Positions 1 through 12,660 of a stretch of 64,000 nucleotides of DNA are shown here, piece after piece. Below the pieces are notes generated by a model that was given only the letters and a program-made list of their open reading frames with translations, had not been told where the DNA came from and did not search any database. Position 1 is the stretch's first letter. Each line of letters opens with the position of its first letter. The stretch covers positions 186,001 through 250,000 of the forward strand of contig JALDZX010000018.1 of assembly GCA_022813865.1 (NCBI GenBank). Direction: 5' to 3'. The position numbers were made by a program, and so were the translations under genes. This DNA comes from Xylographa opegraphella. Taxonomy: Eukaryota.

Positions 1-240
1 CTTATCGAATTGACTGATGTGTACCTTAGCTTGGGGGTCTTGATCACGTGTAATATCGCATTCTAAACTACTAATAGTGCTGGGCCATCCATAAATAGAA
101 AAGGAAACAGGATCTACATCCACGCAGCTCCTGCAGTTTCAGAAGACTAGGAAGCTGCAGTTCTCGGGTTCCATAGTTTACCAAAATGTAGTCCCTCACG
201 AAAGTAGTTTCAGTCGTCGAGCTGATTGGTCGCCTCTGGT

Positions 241-1243
241 CTATTCTTCCGCTACTTCCTGTTTCATCTCTGATGTCTCGGTTGCAATGTTAAAGAGTGC
301 TTCGTTCTCTTGCTGTGCCTTGATGAACGCCTCTTTGAAGAGGTTTGCGTCTGTGGGCAAGTCAGCTATCCCGTTACATAATCTGGTTAGGTCATAGAGG
401 AACTCACTCTCACTGTTTGCAAATCGAATAGCAAGAGTACAAGGCTCCGGCTCGCGCTCGCTGACGTCTGCGGCTGCATTCCATACCCAGCTTCGGTCAC
501 TGCCCACGTTTGGCGAGAGCTTCATGTCGGGGACGACTATTCCCATGTTAGCACTGCTTGCTTTTAAGTTTTAGTCCGTCAACTTACCATAGTGATTCGC
601 GCAGACCTTTAATGTCTTATCCCGTCTCATGACCAGCCTCGTTTTCCCGTTGTCTCGATGCTTCAACAGCCTCACATCTCCAGTGCCACGCTCTTTCCAC
701 TCTCTCGATTCGCGGTCGAATTTGAAGAGCTTCGCTCGCATTTTGAAGGTCTGCTCCTCCTGCTCCTCGTTGGTCCTGGTCTCAACTTTCTCCGTCAGAT
801 GCACCACAGGCTCGAAGTGAGCATCAGGAGCATCTGCCTCTGGATCCTGTAAAAATTATTAGTCCCTAACGCCTATGTAGAGTTCTTAACAAGACTAGAG
901 CCTGAGTTACCTCATCGTCCTCCGCATCTTTTTTAGCCTTCGAGGATCCTGAGGGCTCGTTGGTATCCTCTTCTGCCTGTTCTTTCTTTTCTTTCTTTGC
1001 TCCACCGCCAAACATGGAAAACACATTATCCTTCATGTTAGCAGCAGTAGACGCTGCGGTCGCCGCAGCATTACTGGCCATCCCGGTGTACGTTGCGGGG
1101 TGGTTGGTTGCACTTTCAGAGTATTCGTCCCCCTTCGGGTTTGTTACGAGTTCGGTCTCTTGCTGGGCAAGCTTGGGCTCGCTGGAAGCAACTTGCTCAG
1201 CGGAGGGGTCTAACTTAGATTCTGTGTTGGAGGACATGGTCAT
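241..1243 (-). CDS. YRB1: Ran-specific GTPase-activating protein 1 (RanBP1/Yrb1), multi-exon
   Basis: Exons join (intron 910-847, GTAACT..ACAG) to give [71 protein letters not shown], the Ran-binding domain signature; N-terminal NVFSMFGGG motif. Confidence 0.95.
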
Positions 1244-1626
1244 GATGCTGGCAGTAGGAAAGGGTTGAAATCCCTATGCTGGCTGGTTTGTTCTTTGCTT
1301 GCAGTGGAACGAAGCTTGGGCTCATTGGGCAACCGGTGAATCACTAGCGCCAAAAACGGTTATCCTCATTCACCACAATCTCGTCGTGTGTGAAGGATAC
1401 ATGAAAATCGTGGAGCATCATCTTGTAGAACTAATATGTCTAAATTATTCTGCTACCAGCGCTCAACGAGCAGTGAATCATGTCCATCGAGTACACATCC
1501 TAACCTTGACACCCCAGGTTCAACCAGCCTACTGTATAACCATTGACCGCCGCGCCTAACCCTACAACAACACCGCATATAGTCATCATATCCCAGGGAG
1601 ATAGCTCGATAATTTCCCTTCGTACT

Positions 1627-4188
1627 TTACCTGTTGCCTCCTTTCATTGCTCTCGCGTGTCGACGCTTTTTACATTTCTCGTGACGAAGTTTTTTCTCTT
1701 GTTTCGCCGGCGGTCCACCACGTACTTTCCACCACATCCGCAGCGCCTTTTTCTGAGTTTCGCGGAGATGCTTTTCGCGGTAGTCTTGTACCTCATGGGC
1801 AAGCGCCATAACATTGAGACCCGTGGCTGCTTCAGCCAACATCTGAGCTTGTTGTGTGAACAGCGATGACATTCTTCGAGTGTAGTCATAGACATCTTTG
1901 CGTAGGTTTTTTTGTTGCTTTGCAAGTCGAGATGAGACCCTAACACCGTGCTGTTGGAGGTGTTGAGCCATAGTTCGGGAGAGCTCCTTCGATTGTGCAA
2001 GCATGATCTCTGTGGTTCGTGTAGTCTGGTTGAGAGATGCCAGCCCAATCTTCTCCACTTCTCTCAAGGCACCGTCAGCTTTTTTCACTGCGTCGCGAAC
2101 AAGTGCTTGAACTCCTATACTGGTTTGCCCATAGGCTAAATTGAGGCCGGACTGTGCAGATTGTAATTCACCTCTGACCTGTTCCGTAATCGCTTGAGCT
2201 GCTTTCTTCCAGCCAGCTATCTTGAGCCATGGGGTACCAAAGTCAACCTGGAAGGTTTCGTTGATTTTGGGTCTTTTGGCAGTCCATACGGAAATATTTA
2301 AGGCCCCATAGGCATCTTCCCTCGCGAGTTTGAGTGCATACACTCCGTCGAACAAAGTCGAGAACTCGTAGTTCAGAGGTTCCTTTCCTCGTCTGACATT
2401 GAAAAGGAGTGCAGGGGTTTTCTTGAATCGAGTGAACCACTTGGGTGGTGTTAAGACGACATGGCAGTCACCGACTACCTGTAATTTGAACTTGTCAGAC
2501 ATGTTTGGCGTCACTTTATGTGGTGCCAGGCTGGGCTCCAATAAGAAGGACGCCAAATCAGTATTTCTTAGAGTTGGACTGATGCTCTTTGGAGCACTAC
2601 GATCACTGGCAGCAGCAGAAATTGAAGGTTGAGCCGTTGTCATTTGGGAAGAAGTAGAAGAAGCTGCAATAGATATAGGTGTGAGACGAGAATCTAATAT
2701 TGGTGTAGGTTGATAATTCTTTAGTTCAACATTACCCAGTTCCAGCATTGATGTGGCGTTAAGTAAACGCGTACTAGTCATGGCGACACCGTAAAGGAAT
2801 AAAGCTGCGAGAAGACAAGTACCATAGAACGAAGTATATCTTGTTTCTTGTCGTAGGATTGTCCGAATACGTTTCGGCCAGATGCCTAGAACTGCATTAA
2901 TCGCTGAGTGATGGTGCGTAGGACGAGGGATTGTAGCCCCTTTCGTGGTTGCCGAGGCGATGCAAGCTAGATTTCTTCCCATCTGACTCGAGTCAATGTC
3001 AAGAAACGTCTGCAAATCCACCGGAAAGCGTTGTAGAACTTTCTGTATTTGATTTTGATGGTCACGAGCTTCGAGGCAGATATGTGGCGTTCTGAGATCC
3101 AGTCTCATAGGTCGAGCAGAGCTGTCCCAGTCTGTGTCCGAAGCCACCATGATCACAGGTACATCATGCCGGATCATGAAAGATCGCACCCCAATCCGTG
3201 TCTGCTCGGCTTCGATAGTCTCGCTCCTGGGTAGATAAAGAACGGCCAGATCTGGAAGTCTGTAATCTTTTGACACAGTAAACTTGTTGCTGGCAGGATC
3301 CCATGATGATCTCACAACCTTATGATCCTTAAGCTCGAGATGTATCTCGTCTTCTAGGATATCGTTCGGACAGTGTAAAGCAGAAGTGCATTCTTCAACG
3401 CTCATATCGAGGCCCATTGAGTCCAGGAGGAGTACTTCTGGAGATTCTCCGTCGCCAAATGAAATTGGAACAACAGTGAACTTCGAAAGTCCTTCATCGG
3501 ACCGCGTTGATGTCATGTCGAAGGAGGAAGCCAGTGCCGATCCGATCTTCTGGATGATGGGCTGCTTTACTGAGGTTGGACCAACAAACATGACCTTGTA
3601 AGGCTCAGTCACATGCAGTCCCTCATAGATCATCTTCTGTCGGACAGTAGCCACAAGGAATGTTGGTGGCTTCTGAAGCTCAAATTTTTGACAGACATTG
3701 TAGCAATCATTACCTTCGAATTTTTTCATAGGATGAGATACCTCAATTATTCCCCTGGTGTATATGCCGGCGGTTTGCGACTCCTGAAACTTGAAAGGCT
3801 GGCTTTGGAATGGCGGGGCGGGCAGAGGTCGGAGGCCCTTATTTGTGTCCTCCATTTCCTCTTCAAATTGTACCATGTGGTCAACAGATGAAGCACCACG
3901 AGATTCGCGAGACTCGGAATTGTTGTTAAGCTGAACCTCACCAAAGCTGACCTTCTCGTGGGTCGTTGCGAGGCCTTGGCTTTCATCGCCAGTATTATTT
4001 CCATCCACACTCTCCACTCTATCATGATCGTGATCGATATCATCGGTCGACGGTGTTTGCTGCCGTGACAGACCGTGATCTTCGTCATCAGAAGTTACTA
4101 TACTAATATCATCGATAATGTCCCAAGCACCATCCTCAATAGAGCTTGCGTTGTCGTCTACGGAACTATCGTCGGCTTGAGAGGCCAT
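1627..4188 (-). CDS. Uncharacterised single-pass membrane protein (853 aa from ATG 4188; ORF open to ATG 4311)
   Basis: Intronless 894-codon ORF; acidic N-terminus, globular middle region, one hydrophobic segment (FYGTCLLAALFLYGVAM), Ser/Thr-rich linker, helical C-terminus with basic tail. Confidence 0.85.
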   Translation of the reverse strand: MASQADDSSVDDNASSIEDGAWDIIDDISIVTSDDEDHGLSRQQTPSTDDIDHDHDRVESVDGNNTGDESQGLATTHEKVSFGEVQLNNNSESRESRGASSVDHMVQFEEEMEDTNKGLRPLPAPPFQSQPFKFQESQTAGIYTRGIIEVSHPMKKFEGNDCYNVCQKFELQKPPTFLVATVRQKMIYEGLHVTEPYKVMFVGPTSVKQPIIQKIGSALASSFDMTSTRSDEGLSKFTVVPISFGDGESPEVLLLDSMGLDMSVEECTSALHCPNDILEDEIHLELKDHKVVRSSWDPASNKFTVSKDYRLPDLAVLYLPRSETIEAEQTRIGVRSFMIRHDVPVIMVASDTDWDSSARPMRLDLRTPHICLEARDHQNQIQKVLQRFPVDLQTFLDIDSSQMGRNLACIASATTKGATIPRPTHHHSAINAVLGIWPKRIRTILRQETRYTSFYGTCLLAALFLYGVAMTSTRLLNATSMLELGNVELKNYQPTPILDSRLTPISIAASSTSSQMTTAQPSISAAASDRSAPKSISPTLRNTDLASFLLEPSLAPHKVTPNMSDKFKLQVVGDCHVVLTPPKWFTRFKKTPALLFNVRRGKEPLNYEFSTLFDGVYALKLAREDAYGALNISVWTAKRPKINETFQVDFGTPWLKIAGWKKAAQAITEQVRGELQSAQSGLNLAYGQTSIGVQALVRDAVKKADGALREVEKIGLASLNQTTRTTEIMLAQSKELSRTMAQHLQQHGVRVSSRLAKQQKNLRKDVYDYTRRMSSLFTQQAQMLAEAATGLNVMALAHEVQDYREKHLRETQKKALRMWWKVRGGPPAKQEKKLRHEKCKKRRHARAMKGGNR

Positions 4189-5137
4189 CGCGACGATTTG
4201 AGAGTTCGCAAGCCAGTCCGATAAGTTGTGCGTTGAAGGTATCGTTGGGAATAGCAAGGCTACAGCGGTCTTCTCTTCGTAACTATGGTATCCCAGACGG
4301 ACTGGCTGCATTGGAGCGAGTCAGCACCACAACTCATTTACAGAGGCATGCTTGGGCACAGAGAGAAAATGAGAGAAAGACAGTGATACAGGATGAAGAA
4401 TAACGCGGACGAGCAAGACAGGTTCAGAGTTCGAGAGAGTTCGACCCACCTGAGTCAACTGCCTCGTCTCGGCGAAGTGGGTTGCTGGTCGAAGCTACCC
4501 TATGACTACCATTCCTGATCACGGGACCAATAGTAGTCGCTGACAACAGACACTCATCCACAACACAGTACAATGAGATGCGAAGCCGCAAGGCAAGACG
4601 ATGCTCCAGGCTACAGCAGCTCCAAGGTGATGGTCACAGTGTTGGACGACTCGGGTGCTGTTGCAGAAGACGTGTTTGGAGCCTACACGGAGATACCCCT
4701 CCACTAGACCGCTTCCAGCTTACGATAAGCGCACTCCTTATCGTCACATGGGCTTTTGACTCTCAACGAACAAATGACATATCAAGAACAATACTATATA
4801 CAGAAATCTATCTACTAGTATAAACGACTACGTTTTGCTGGTGTAGATCGTTCTGAACGCAGATCGTGAAAGAGCAGAAGCGCTTCCAAGAGTGATCATA
4901 GGAGTGCTGCCCACTCGTTAACGCCGGGAGACTGAAGTTCGTGTTTCGGCCAGGCTCCTGTGTGTTGGGAAACACTCTTGTGTATAGCTTCGATAAGCGT
5001 TGAGCGGATCCGATCCATTATTTTAAATCATATATTCCGAATAACGCCGTTGCCAACGCATGCTCAGGACAGCACTTCCACTTCCATGTCCGAAAATCCC
5101 TAGTCGTGCCAGAAATGCTCAACAATCAAAATACCAG

Positions 5138-6946
5138 TCAAGGCGATGCCCAGCCACCTAGGCGAATGTAAGTTCGAATCTCAACCAGAAACTCAAGGGA
5201 CTGACCTGCAACTTCAACCCACTCGGCAAGACAGCTGCCCTGTTTTCCTTCAACGTCAGGAATGTCCGTATCGCACTTGCATCTGCACCCAACGCCATTT
5301 TCTTTGACTGAATCCCAGGTTTCCCAGTAGTCGTCCTCTTCTTTCCGTTTTTTTTCGTCCAATGTTGTCTTTTCGAGAAACCGCTCTCTGGGTAATTGTC
5401 GTGCTGGAGCATTGGCGGGACAATGCTGTATCGTTGTGTGTCGATACCCAAAATCTCGGAAGTAATGAATGTCTTTGGGGCCTAGTAGAGCTCCTGCTGC
5501 TAAAGAGTGGATAGGAGCATCGCCCCACTGGAGATTTGTTAGCCTGGAAAAGCTTTAGAGCGAGAAAGTTACACGAACCCGCTCCATCCAGAACCCTCCA
5601 CTCCGATCCATAGTGTCAAAGAAATCTTCGTACTCCTTGCTGCGGAAAAAATCCAGCCTTGCGATCTCAAAATTACTCCAGAAATGGCACATGTTGTATG
5701 TCTCGCCATCCATTGCTTCAGGATCTATGTCTTCTAATCGTCCATGGCCTGGCTCTGTTGTTAAGATCTCCTCCGGCAACGGCTCTTGGTATTTTGGATC
5801 GTCCCTGGGAAGGGTCTCTTCCTCTTTTGCGGGCGGCTCAACAAACATCTCCCATAATCCTTTGGATTCTAGGTTATGTTTACGTTTATAGGCAGAAGCA
5901 TATCGGAATATGTTTGGTACGGTTTCTTTCAACTCTTTGACGGCAATGGTGAAGCCGTAGGTCTTGTTGGCGCGTGCCATATGTTGGAAAGGATCGCTAA
6001 ATCAGTTGGTCAACAAATAAAGGAACGGAGCTTGCCGATGTCATACTAGGTAATATCACAGAAGTATTTGATCTCCGGTTCCAGCCGCCAGTACCATTCA
6101 TACTTCTTAAGAAGATCGTGTTTGTAGAAAAATCTTGTACACCATTAGTCACAGTTCGTCATAGACAACGCAGTCACTTACCCAGAGTAAAATCTGCACA
6201 TGTGATGATAGCTCTCCATGCCACCATACATGATAGCAGCGTCACCTTGCTTCCGGATACCCTCACGAGCGACATCTGCGTTTACCCAGTCCGGATAACC
6301 CCACATTGATGGATCTATCTTGCCAAATTCTACTGGCGCGCTTGTGTAGTTCGTGATAGTCTCCTTGAATTCGGTACCAAAATCTCCATCGTTTAGAAAG
6401 ACATAGGGGTAGTGAAACCACCTATTGAAATGTCTCTCTATAGATTTCACGGATTGTATGACCCCTTCCAATTCTTTGTCTCTTGCTAGTACTACAAACG
6501 CTGCGTTTGCACGGGGACCGTTGGTCTGCGGCTCCAAACAGCCAGTAACGAAAACTTTGTCATGCTTCTCGCTGATCCGTCTATATAGTCAATGATATCA
6601 GCATTGATTGTAGAAGAAGTGAAATAGTGACTCAGATCTAGGATTTTCTGTACCTTATTGAAGGTGGCGCGCCAGCTGGTAATAATATGCCTCCTGGACT
6701 TGAAGGATGGCGGACGACAAGCACCAGTATTAGGATTATAACAATACACGGGAACAGCAGGACAGCGCCCAGGGGTATCGATATCTTGGAATTGCCCCTC
6801 AACCGTATCCTCCTGCGGAAGAAAGCTAATCTAGGAGAAATTCGCTCCCTCTGACGAGAAATATCTCCCAGAGTAGGAAGTTTTTCAAGGGAAGGGAGGT
6901 TCGGAGAGGAAGGTATCCGCTTCGCGATGTTCTGTACGATGCCCAT
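5138..6946 (-). CDS. Glycosyltransferase family 15 (KRE2/KTR alpha-1,2-mannosyltransferase, Ktr5/Ktr7-like), multi-exon
   Basis: N-terminal TM (IPLGAVLLFPCIVIILILVLV); motifs RANAAFVVLAR, FNRWFHYPYVFLND, SYHHMCRFYSG, YNMCHFWSNFEIA, GGFWMER; final micro-exon GWASP*. Confidence 0.93.
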
Positions 6947-7673
6947 GGATGCCGGAAGGGAACGACGACCGCGTCACCGCGTCGTCGTAATATTGAAAGT
7001 TGACTACTTCAAACAGCTGCCTCGAGCTGAGACTATCGGTGTTAATGGAGCTGAAGATTTGTTGGTGACAGCTGTTCTGCCACAAAGAATAGAAATGCAG
7101 GTGTGAGAGGGAGTTCTAACGAGCGGCTGGGAGTCGTCCCCTTCGTAGAATGTACGAGTATTACTGCGCTATGTCACAGCTTCAATCCACAACAGGTGCC
7201 AGACATATGGCCCCCATCGGCAGTCTGAGATCTGGATTCGTATGGCGAATGCTACTTTTTGCAGCGGATAATAGGAGTGGTTGACCGACAGATCCCAGTT
7301 CGACTAAGCTATATATAGGTTAGTTAGCTTCTCTGAGTGCCCTCATCACCAAAACACCCTTGTCACACAAGAACACTGCGATCTCCGTGCATTATTTCTG
7401 TTGCCTGATGTTCGTACACATTCGTTGTTTACAGACATGAGAGGCGGCAATTAATCTCGTCTTCCGAGCACAGAAATGCCATTACGTATCACGAAACCTT
7501 TCTGACGAAGGGTCTTTCTACCAAAAGAAGCTTCGTTAAATCTGCCTTGAATACATTTCCCGTCTCCCCAATAAACATTTCTAACAATTATATTTACCAA
7601 TGAGTAGTCATACTGAAATTTCTATCTTATGATGCATCTTGACGATTTACAATCAGTTTGACTGGCAAGGGGA

Positions 7674-8241
7674 ATGGCTTTCAATGCTAAGAATCTAACA
7701 TATGGTCTGCCTTCAGATATCACTAGTCACCATATTCACTGACCTTGGTTCAGAAGCGAATGAGCCTACATTCCTGAGAAAACTCAAGAATGAGTATGGT
7801 GGTCGCAATGCGGATCGTCATGAGAGTCAATTGGCCAGGCCACGGAAACAGAGAGATGTTGATGACTTCGATGATGAGCCAACATACGTTGATGAAGAAA
7901 GTAACGATACCATCACCAAGGCTCAGTATGAAGCTATCTTGAAGAAAGAGGAGCAAGTTACTCTGGAAGTACAGCATGCCGAATCCCTGGAATCGATGCA
8001 TGGTGGCACAGTCACTCAGGGGGTTGTTGAAAGCGTCACCAAAGAGAATCTGTCTCGAAAGGGCATGGTTGCAGCGATCGGAGGGACCGGAAAGCGGAGG
8101 ATTGCTAAGGCTGTTGGAGATGACGACCTGGATCATAATGGCGAGGAAAGCCAGCAAGCGACGACAAAGGTGAAAAGGCCAACGAAGAAATCCAAGAAGA
8201 TTAAGCTATCTTTTGACGACGAAGGTAGAGACTTCCACTAG
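7674..8241 (+). CDS. DUF4604-like small hydrophilic protein
   Basis: MAFNAKNLTY + intron + EANEPTFLRKLK...DDEPTYVDE...KKSKKIKLSFDDE matches the remembered family ends (NLxY..EPxFL; KxKLSFDDE). Confidence 0.75.
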
Positions 8242-8698
8242 AGATTGTTCTGCATCATTAGTACACCAAGCACATTATCCTCCAGGGTCACAGCTAAGAC
8301 CGTAAGCACATTTACATTGATTGATATCACTTTATATAGAAAATTCTTCGGGATATTGAGCCTGCCCACCATAATCTGTAAATGAGTCTGAATTGGCCTA
8401 GATATTTGAAGGCTGCAGTGAATTAGTCGTTATTCAGTGAAGCTTGAGAGCCAATGCTTTGGATCGGTAAGCTTTAAGAGAAGTTATATCAAGAATAGCT
8501 TCAATCGGTTCATGAAATACAGGGGTTCCATGATTCAAAGCTCAAAGTTACCTCTAGCTTTCGGATACAGTACACGAACATCGCGCCAAGGAATTGCGTG
8601 AAAGCTCCTACACGCTACAGGTATCACTTTCAATGTCCATCGCGTTCTACGTACCCATATTTCTTTACCATACCGAGTACCATCTCTGATCTCACATC

Positions 8699-10330
8699 AT
8701 GTTGTGCGCAAGTAATAATGCTCTTCTATTTCGTACTTTGTTCAGCGACTAACCTGTTTGGCAGTATCCGGAGAATCTCCACAAACGCCTGTAGCTTCGC
8801 GGAAAAGTGGTACGTCTTGGTCGAAAGTTTCGAGCTACATTACTAACGGCATAGGGCACGTTTTCGAGAGAAGACTCATTGAAGCTTACATTTCGGAGAA
8901 TGGCACAGACCCGGTCACAAATGAAGAGTTGACCGTCGACGACCTCATCGATCTGAAGTCGTCTCACACTGTGCGTCCTCGACCACCGACTTTGACCTCT
9001 ATACCTTCCCTTCTCTCAGTGTTTCAGAATGAGTGGGATGCGCTAGCTCTGGAAACATATACATTGAAGCAGCAGCTGGTGCAAACGAGACAGGAACTGA
9101 GCACAGCGCTATATCAGCATGATGCTGCAGTCAGGGTGATTGCAAGATTATCGAGAGAACGTGATGAAGCGCGTGACGCCCTTTCAAAAATTACATTGAA
9201 TGGAGGCCCGGTCGCAAACGGAGACTCCATGCAAGTCGATGGTCAGGAGCTTTCAGAGGCTCTCGCTGCCAAAGTTGACGCTACTCAAGAGAAGTAGGCG
9301 GAATCCCAGCATCTAGATATCTCTCTCTCTTGCTAATACCATACAACTCAGATTGTCCAAAACACGAAGAAAACGGGCTGTTCCAGAGGATTGGGCAGAT
9401 GCAGATATTATACAGTCACTTAAATCCAAGAAACTTTCGGGGCCCCTATATCCAGGATCCCGGTTATTAGCTCTGGACAAAAGTGGAGACTTGGCGCTTC
9501 TTGGAGGCGCCGATGGTGTAGCGGGGGTCTTCTCGGTGTCTCAGAATGAGGTCCTTCAGACTCTGAAAGGGGGAGGTGGGGCCATTAGTGATGGTCTTTG
9601 GGCTGGCGATCGTGCTGTTGTGGCGACTTCCACCGGGCACGTAAAAATCTTCGACGATGGCTCCGAAGTCTCGAGCTTTCCTGGGCACGCTGGTAAAGCT
9701 GCCGCCGTTGCACTGCATCCAAGTGGAGAATTACTTGCTTCCGTCGGAGTTGATAAGAGTTACATTTTCTACGATTTAGAGTCTTCCAAAATTGCCACTC
9801 AGGTGTATACAGACTCTGGTAAAGTTCTCGACTCGTGTAGAATTACCACAAGCTAATGCATTTCAGCGTTGACCACCGCGGCGTTTCATCCTGATGGTCA
9901 TTTGTTCGCAGCAGGAGGAACTGACGGCCAGATCAAAGTGTTCGATGTCAAGTCGGGTGCAAATGTTGCAAACTTCGAGTCGTCCGGGCCCATTCAGTCG
10001 CTCTCTTTCTCAGAGAACGGGACATGGTTAGCATCAGTTACAGAAGGAGAGAATAGTGTCTCGATTTGGGACCTTCGTAAGGCGGCTCAGATCAAATCTC
10101 TTGAAATCGGGAGTCCGGTGAGCAGCGTTCGTTGGGACTACACCGGTCAATTCTTGATGGCGGTGGGGCCGAGCGGTGTGAGCGTTCAGCAGTACTCGAA
10201 AGCATCGAAAGAATGGACGGAAATATTGAGAAGTGGTTCTGAGGCGGTTACAGGGGAGTGGGGCCCGAGAGCTCAGAGCATCGTGACATTGGGACTTGAT
10301 GGGTCGATAACAGAGTTTACACAGTCATGA
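8699..10330 (+). CDS. PRP19: Pre-mRNA splicing factor Prp19/Cwf8 (U-box E3 + WD40), multi-exon
   Basis: MLCA-ISGESPQ..VFERRLIEAYI..GTDPV U-box; RPPTLTSIPSLLSVFQNEWDAL..RQELSTALYQHDAAVRVIARL coiled coil; C-terminal WD repeats. Confidence 0.96.
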
Positions 10331-10881
10331 GCTGTGTCAGACATCAGTCTCATGTTGTGTGCAATATGTTGTATCCTGAGTCAAAACAAAAGCGCGGAGT
10401 GAAGGTGGGTTGCATGGAGCCCGGAGATTCCTAGCTAGCACAAATTTCCTGAGTCGCTGTGAATAGAAGAACAGGCGGAGAAATCTAAATGCACAACGTC
10501 AAAGTTCTTTCGAGGCAGGAACAACTGCAGGACAGACACGGGAATCATGGTCACGTCCAGCTTGTCTCCTTCCAAATACCACAACCAGTCTGATTCCTAG
10601 TCATTGAGTCGAATGCTTGTTCGTGACATGGTGACCAATTTATGCCATGCTCCGGGTGGCAAAGGCGAGCCGGGGTTGTCCTCGCCTATGTTCACTTCTA
10701 GCCCAGTCCACCTCGGCCCTGCTCTAACAATTATAACACATCTACCGGCCCATGAAAACGTCACCCCACGACAACTGCTCACCATTTTCGGATAAGTGGG
10801 TGGGTGTCACATACAGTCTTGGGGAGTTTTCATCTCTATCAAAACCCTGCCTATTGTTCTCTCATTGTCCATGGGCCGAAG

Positions 10882-12235
10882 ATGGCGGACGAGGAGTACT
10901 TCCATGGTTCCATACCGACCCACACTAACCGGAAGGTGAGTGAAGTCCTGATGTTACCTTTACCCCAGTTCTAGGTAGACTGTACTAGTACTGAGAGGAG
11001 GTGTCTACAACACAGAGGACACACGAACAATTTGCCGCGGACCACACCAGAAGTCAACCTCAGTGGATCTCCGACTTCCCGACGTCTGTTTCCAACAACA
11101 TCAGCATGTCCGCTTCCTCTGCAAACCACGAAGGCAATGAAGTACCCGTAGCAAGATACGTGGGTGATGGGCTAGATTATAGAAGACCCATCATGTCAGT
11201 GCCAGCGGATATGAATGTTATCGACCTCACAGAGGAACCGGATAGCCCGCTGCAGACCCATAACCGCCCGGGCAATACAACTTCTCGCGCAGCTTCCACA
11301 AGAGCTAGTCGCCTTCCGAGATTCAGTCGTAATGTGATCGATCTGGAGGAGGAAGAAGACTACGGGATGGAGGCATTTGAGGTGGACGATGATACACAAA
11401 GGGCTTTCAACGACGCGATGGGAGAATACGACCATACGCTAGGACGGGAAGAATCGCCAGGATTTGAGATAGTGTCTGAGCACTCGATCAGACCACCCAC
11501 ACCACCTACAACTGGTCTACAGGGCGCGGCATCTTACATCTCGCAACTCAGACCAACATTCCCGAGACTCCCTCCTTCATGGAGAGGAACCCATACCAAC
11601 ACCCCAACGAGCACATTCTCACTTCGCAATTTCTTCCGCATGAACACGGAAGGCACAAGGCTGATCGATGCGGAGGAACAAGAGAGGCAGCAGCATCCGC
11701 TTCACTTCTACCGGCGGCAACAGATGGCGCAGGCCCACGCTGCTCGCCTCCACCATATCATCGACGACGTATCGCCCGTAGATCCGACCGGCCGCTTCCA
11801 GCCGCCAGGAACGCTGGACTTCGACATCGTCCCGTTTAACCTTCACCACGACGGCCGAACGGTGCCTCCTCCCCTTCCGACCTACGAAGCCCCGTCAGCC
11901 CCTCGGCCGGGCTTCACGCGCTCGCCCGCCGAAACCGACACGGTGATATGCCCAAACTGCAACGAGGAGCTGGGCATCGGCGAGGACGCTGTCAAGCGCC
12001 AGGTGTGGGTGGTGAAGAAGTGCGGCCACGTAAGTCAAGCTGCCCCGACCGGATTCGATTATCACTGACCATATTCCAGGTCTACTGCGGCAGCTGCACG
12101 ATGGCGCGCCACAAAGTCAAGGGCAAGCACCTCCGGCAGCGGAGCGCCTCCTCACCGTTCTCTCACTGCGTTGTCGAGGGCTGCGGCAAGTCGGCCCTCG
12201 GGCAGCAAAAATGCTGGGTGCAGTTGTACATATGA
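10882..12235 (+). CDS. SIM-containing RING-like protein, Slx5/Rfp1-type SUMO-targeted ubiquitin ligase subunit
   Basis: Exon 1 (10882-10935) splices in frame to 11016; SIM-like VIDLTEE and VIDLEEEE; C-terminal GFTRS..CPNC..CGH|VYCGSC..CVVEGC. Confidence 0.75.
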
Positions 12236-12487
12236 CCGCCCCGGGGGGGCTGCTACGGGGCAGCGAGGTCTGTACATACGACGCTGCTGCGTCTGTGCTT
12301 TTCTTTCCACTCTCAATCCATCAATTCAAGTTTGGGGATCGGGGGACTGTGCATTCTTACTCCGGCGTCCTGAGCTCCGCATCTTCTTCAGCGGCGGGCT
12401 TTTGTAGGTACACGGCGCCTTTTTAACGGCCTAGAGAGAGGGGGTGCGGAGGGGGAGGGTGGGGCTGTAGTGGGCTTTTTAGAGGTT

Positions 12488-12521
12488 TGGGCTGGGCTGG
12501 GCTGGGCTGGGCTGGGCTGGG
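12488..12521. repeat. (TGGGC)n pentanucleotide microsatellite, about 6.8 copies
   Basis: Read directly from the sequence. Confidence 0.9.
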
Positions 12522-12580
12522 GGCGACGGAAGGAAGGACTTTGTAGACTGTACATATCCTGAACGCTTTGCTCGGGGCGG

Positions 12581-12660
12581 GCAAACGTGCTCGTGGTAAT
12601 GGAGAGGTAGAGGCTTGCAAATATGCTCGTGGTAATCGAAACGTAGAAGTTTGCAAACGT
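12581..12660. repeat. Imperfect 36-bp tandem repeat, about 2.2 copies
   Basis: gcaaacgtgctcgtggtaatggagaggtagaggctt / gcaaatatgctcgtggtaatcgaaacgtagaagttt / gcaaacgt. Confidence 0.85.

Noticed and set aside
10655..10663. GGTGGCAAA (yeast Rpn4/PACE site) upstream of the Slx5-like gene
   Set aside because: Another copy occurs near 12998 with no matching context, none was seen before CDC48, and the yeast motif may not apply to this lineage.
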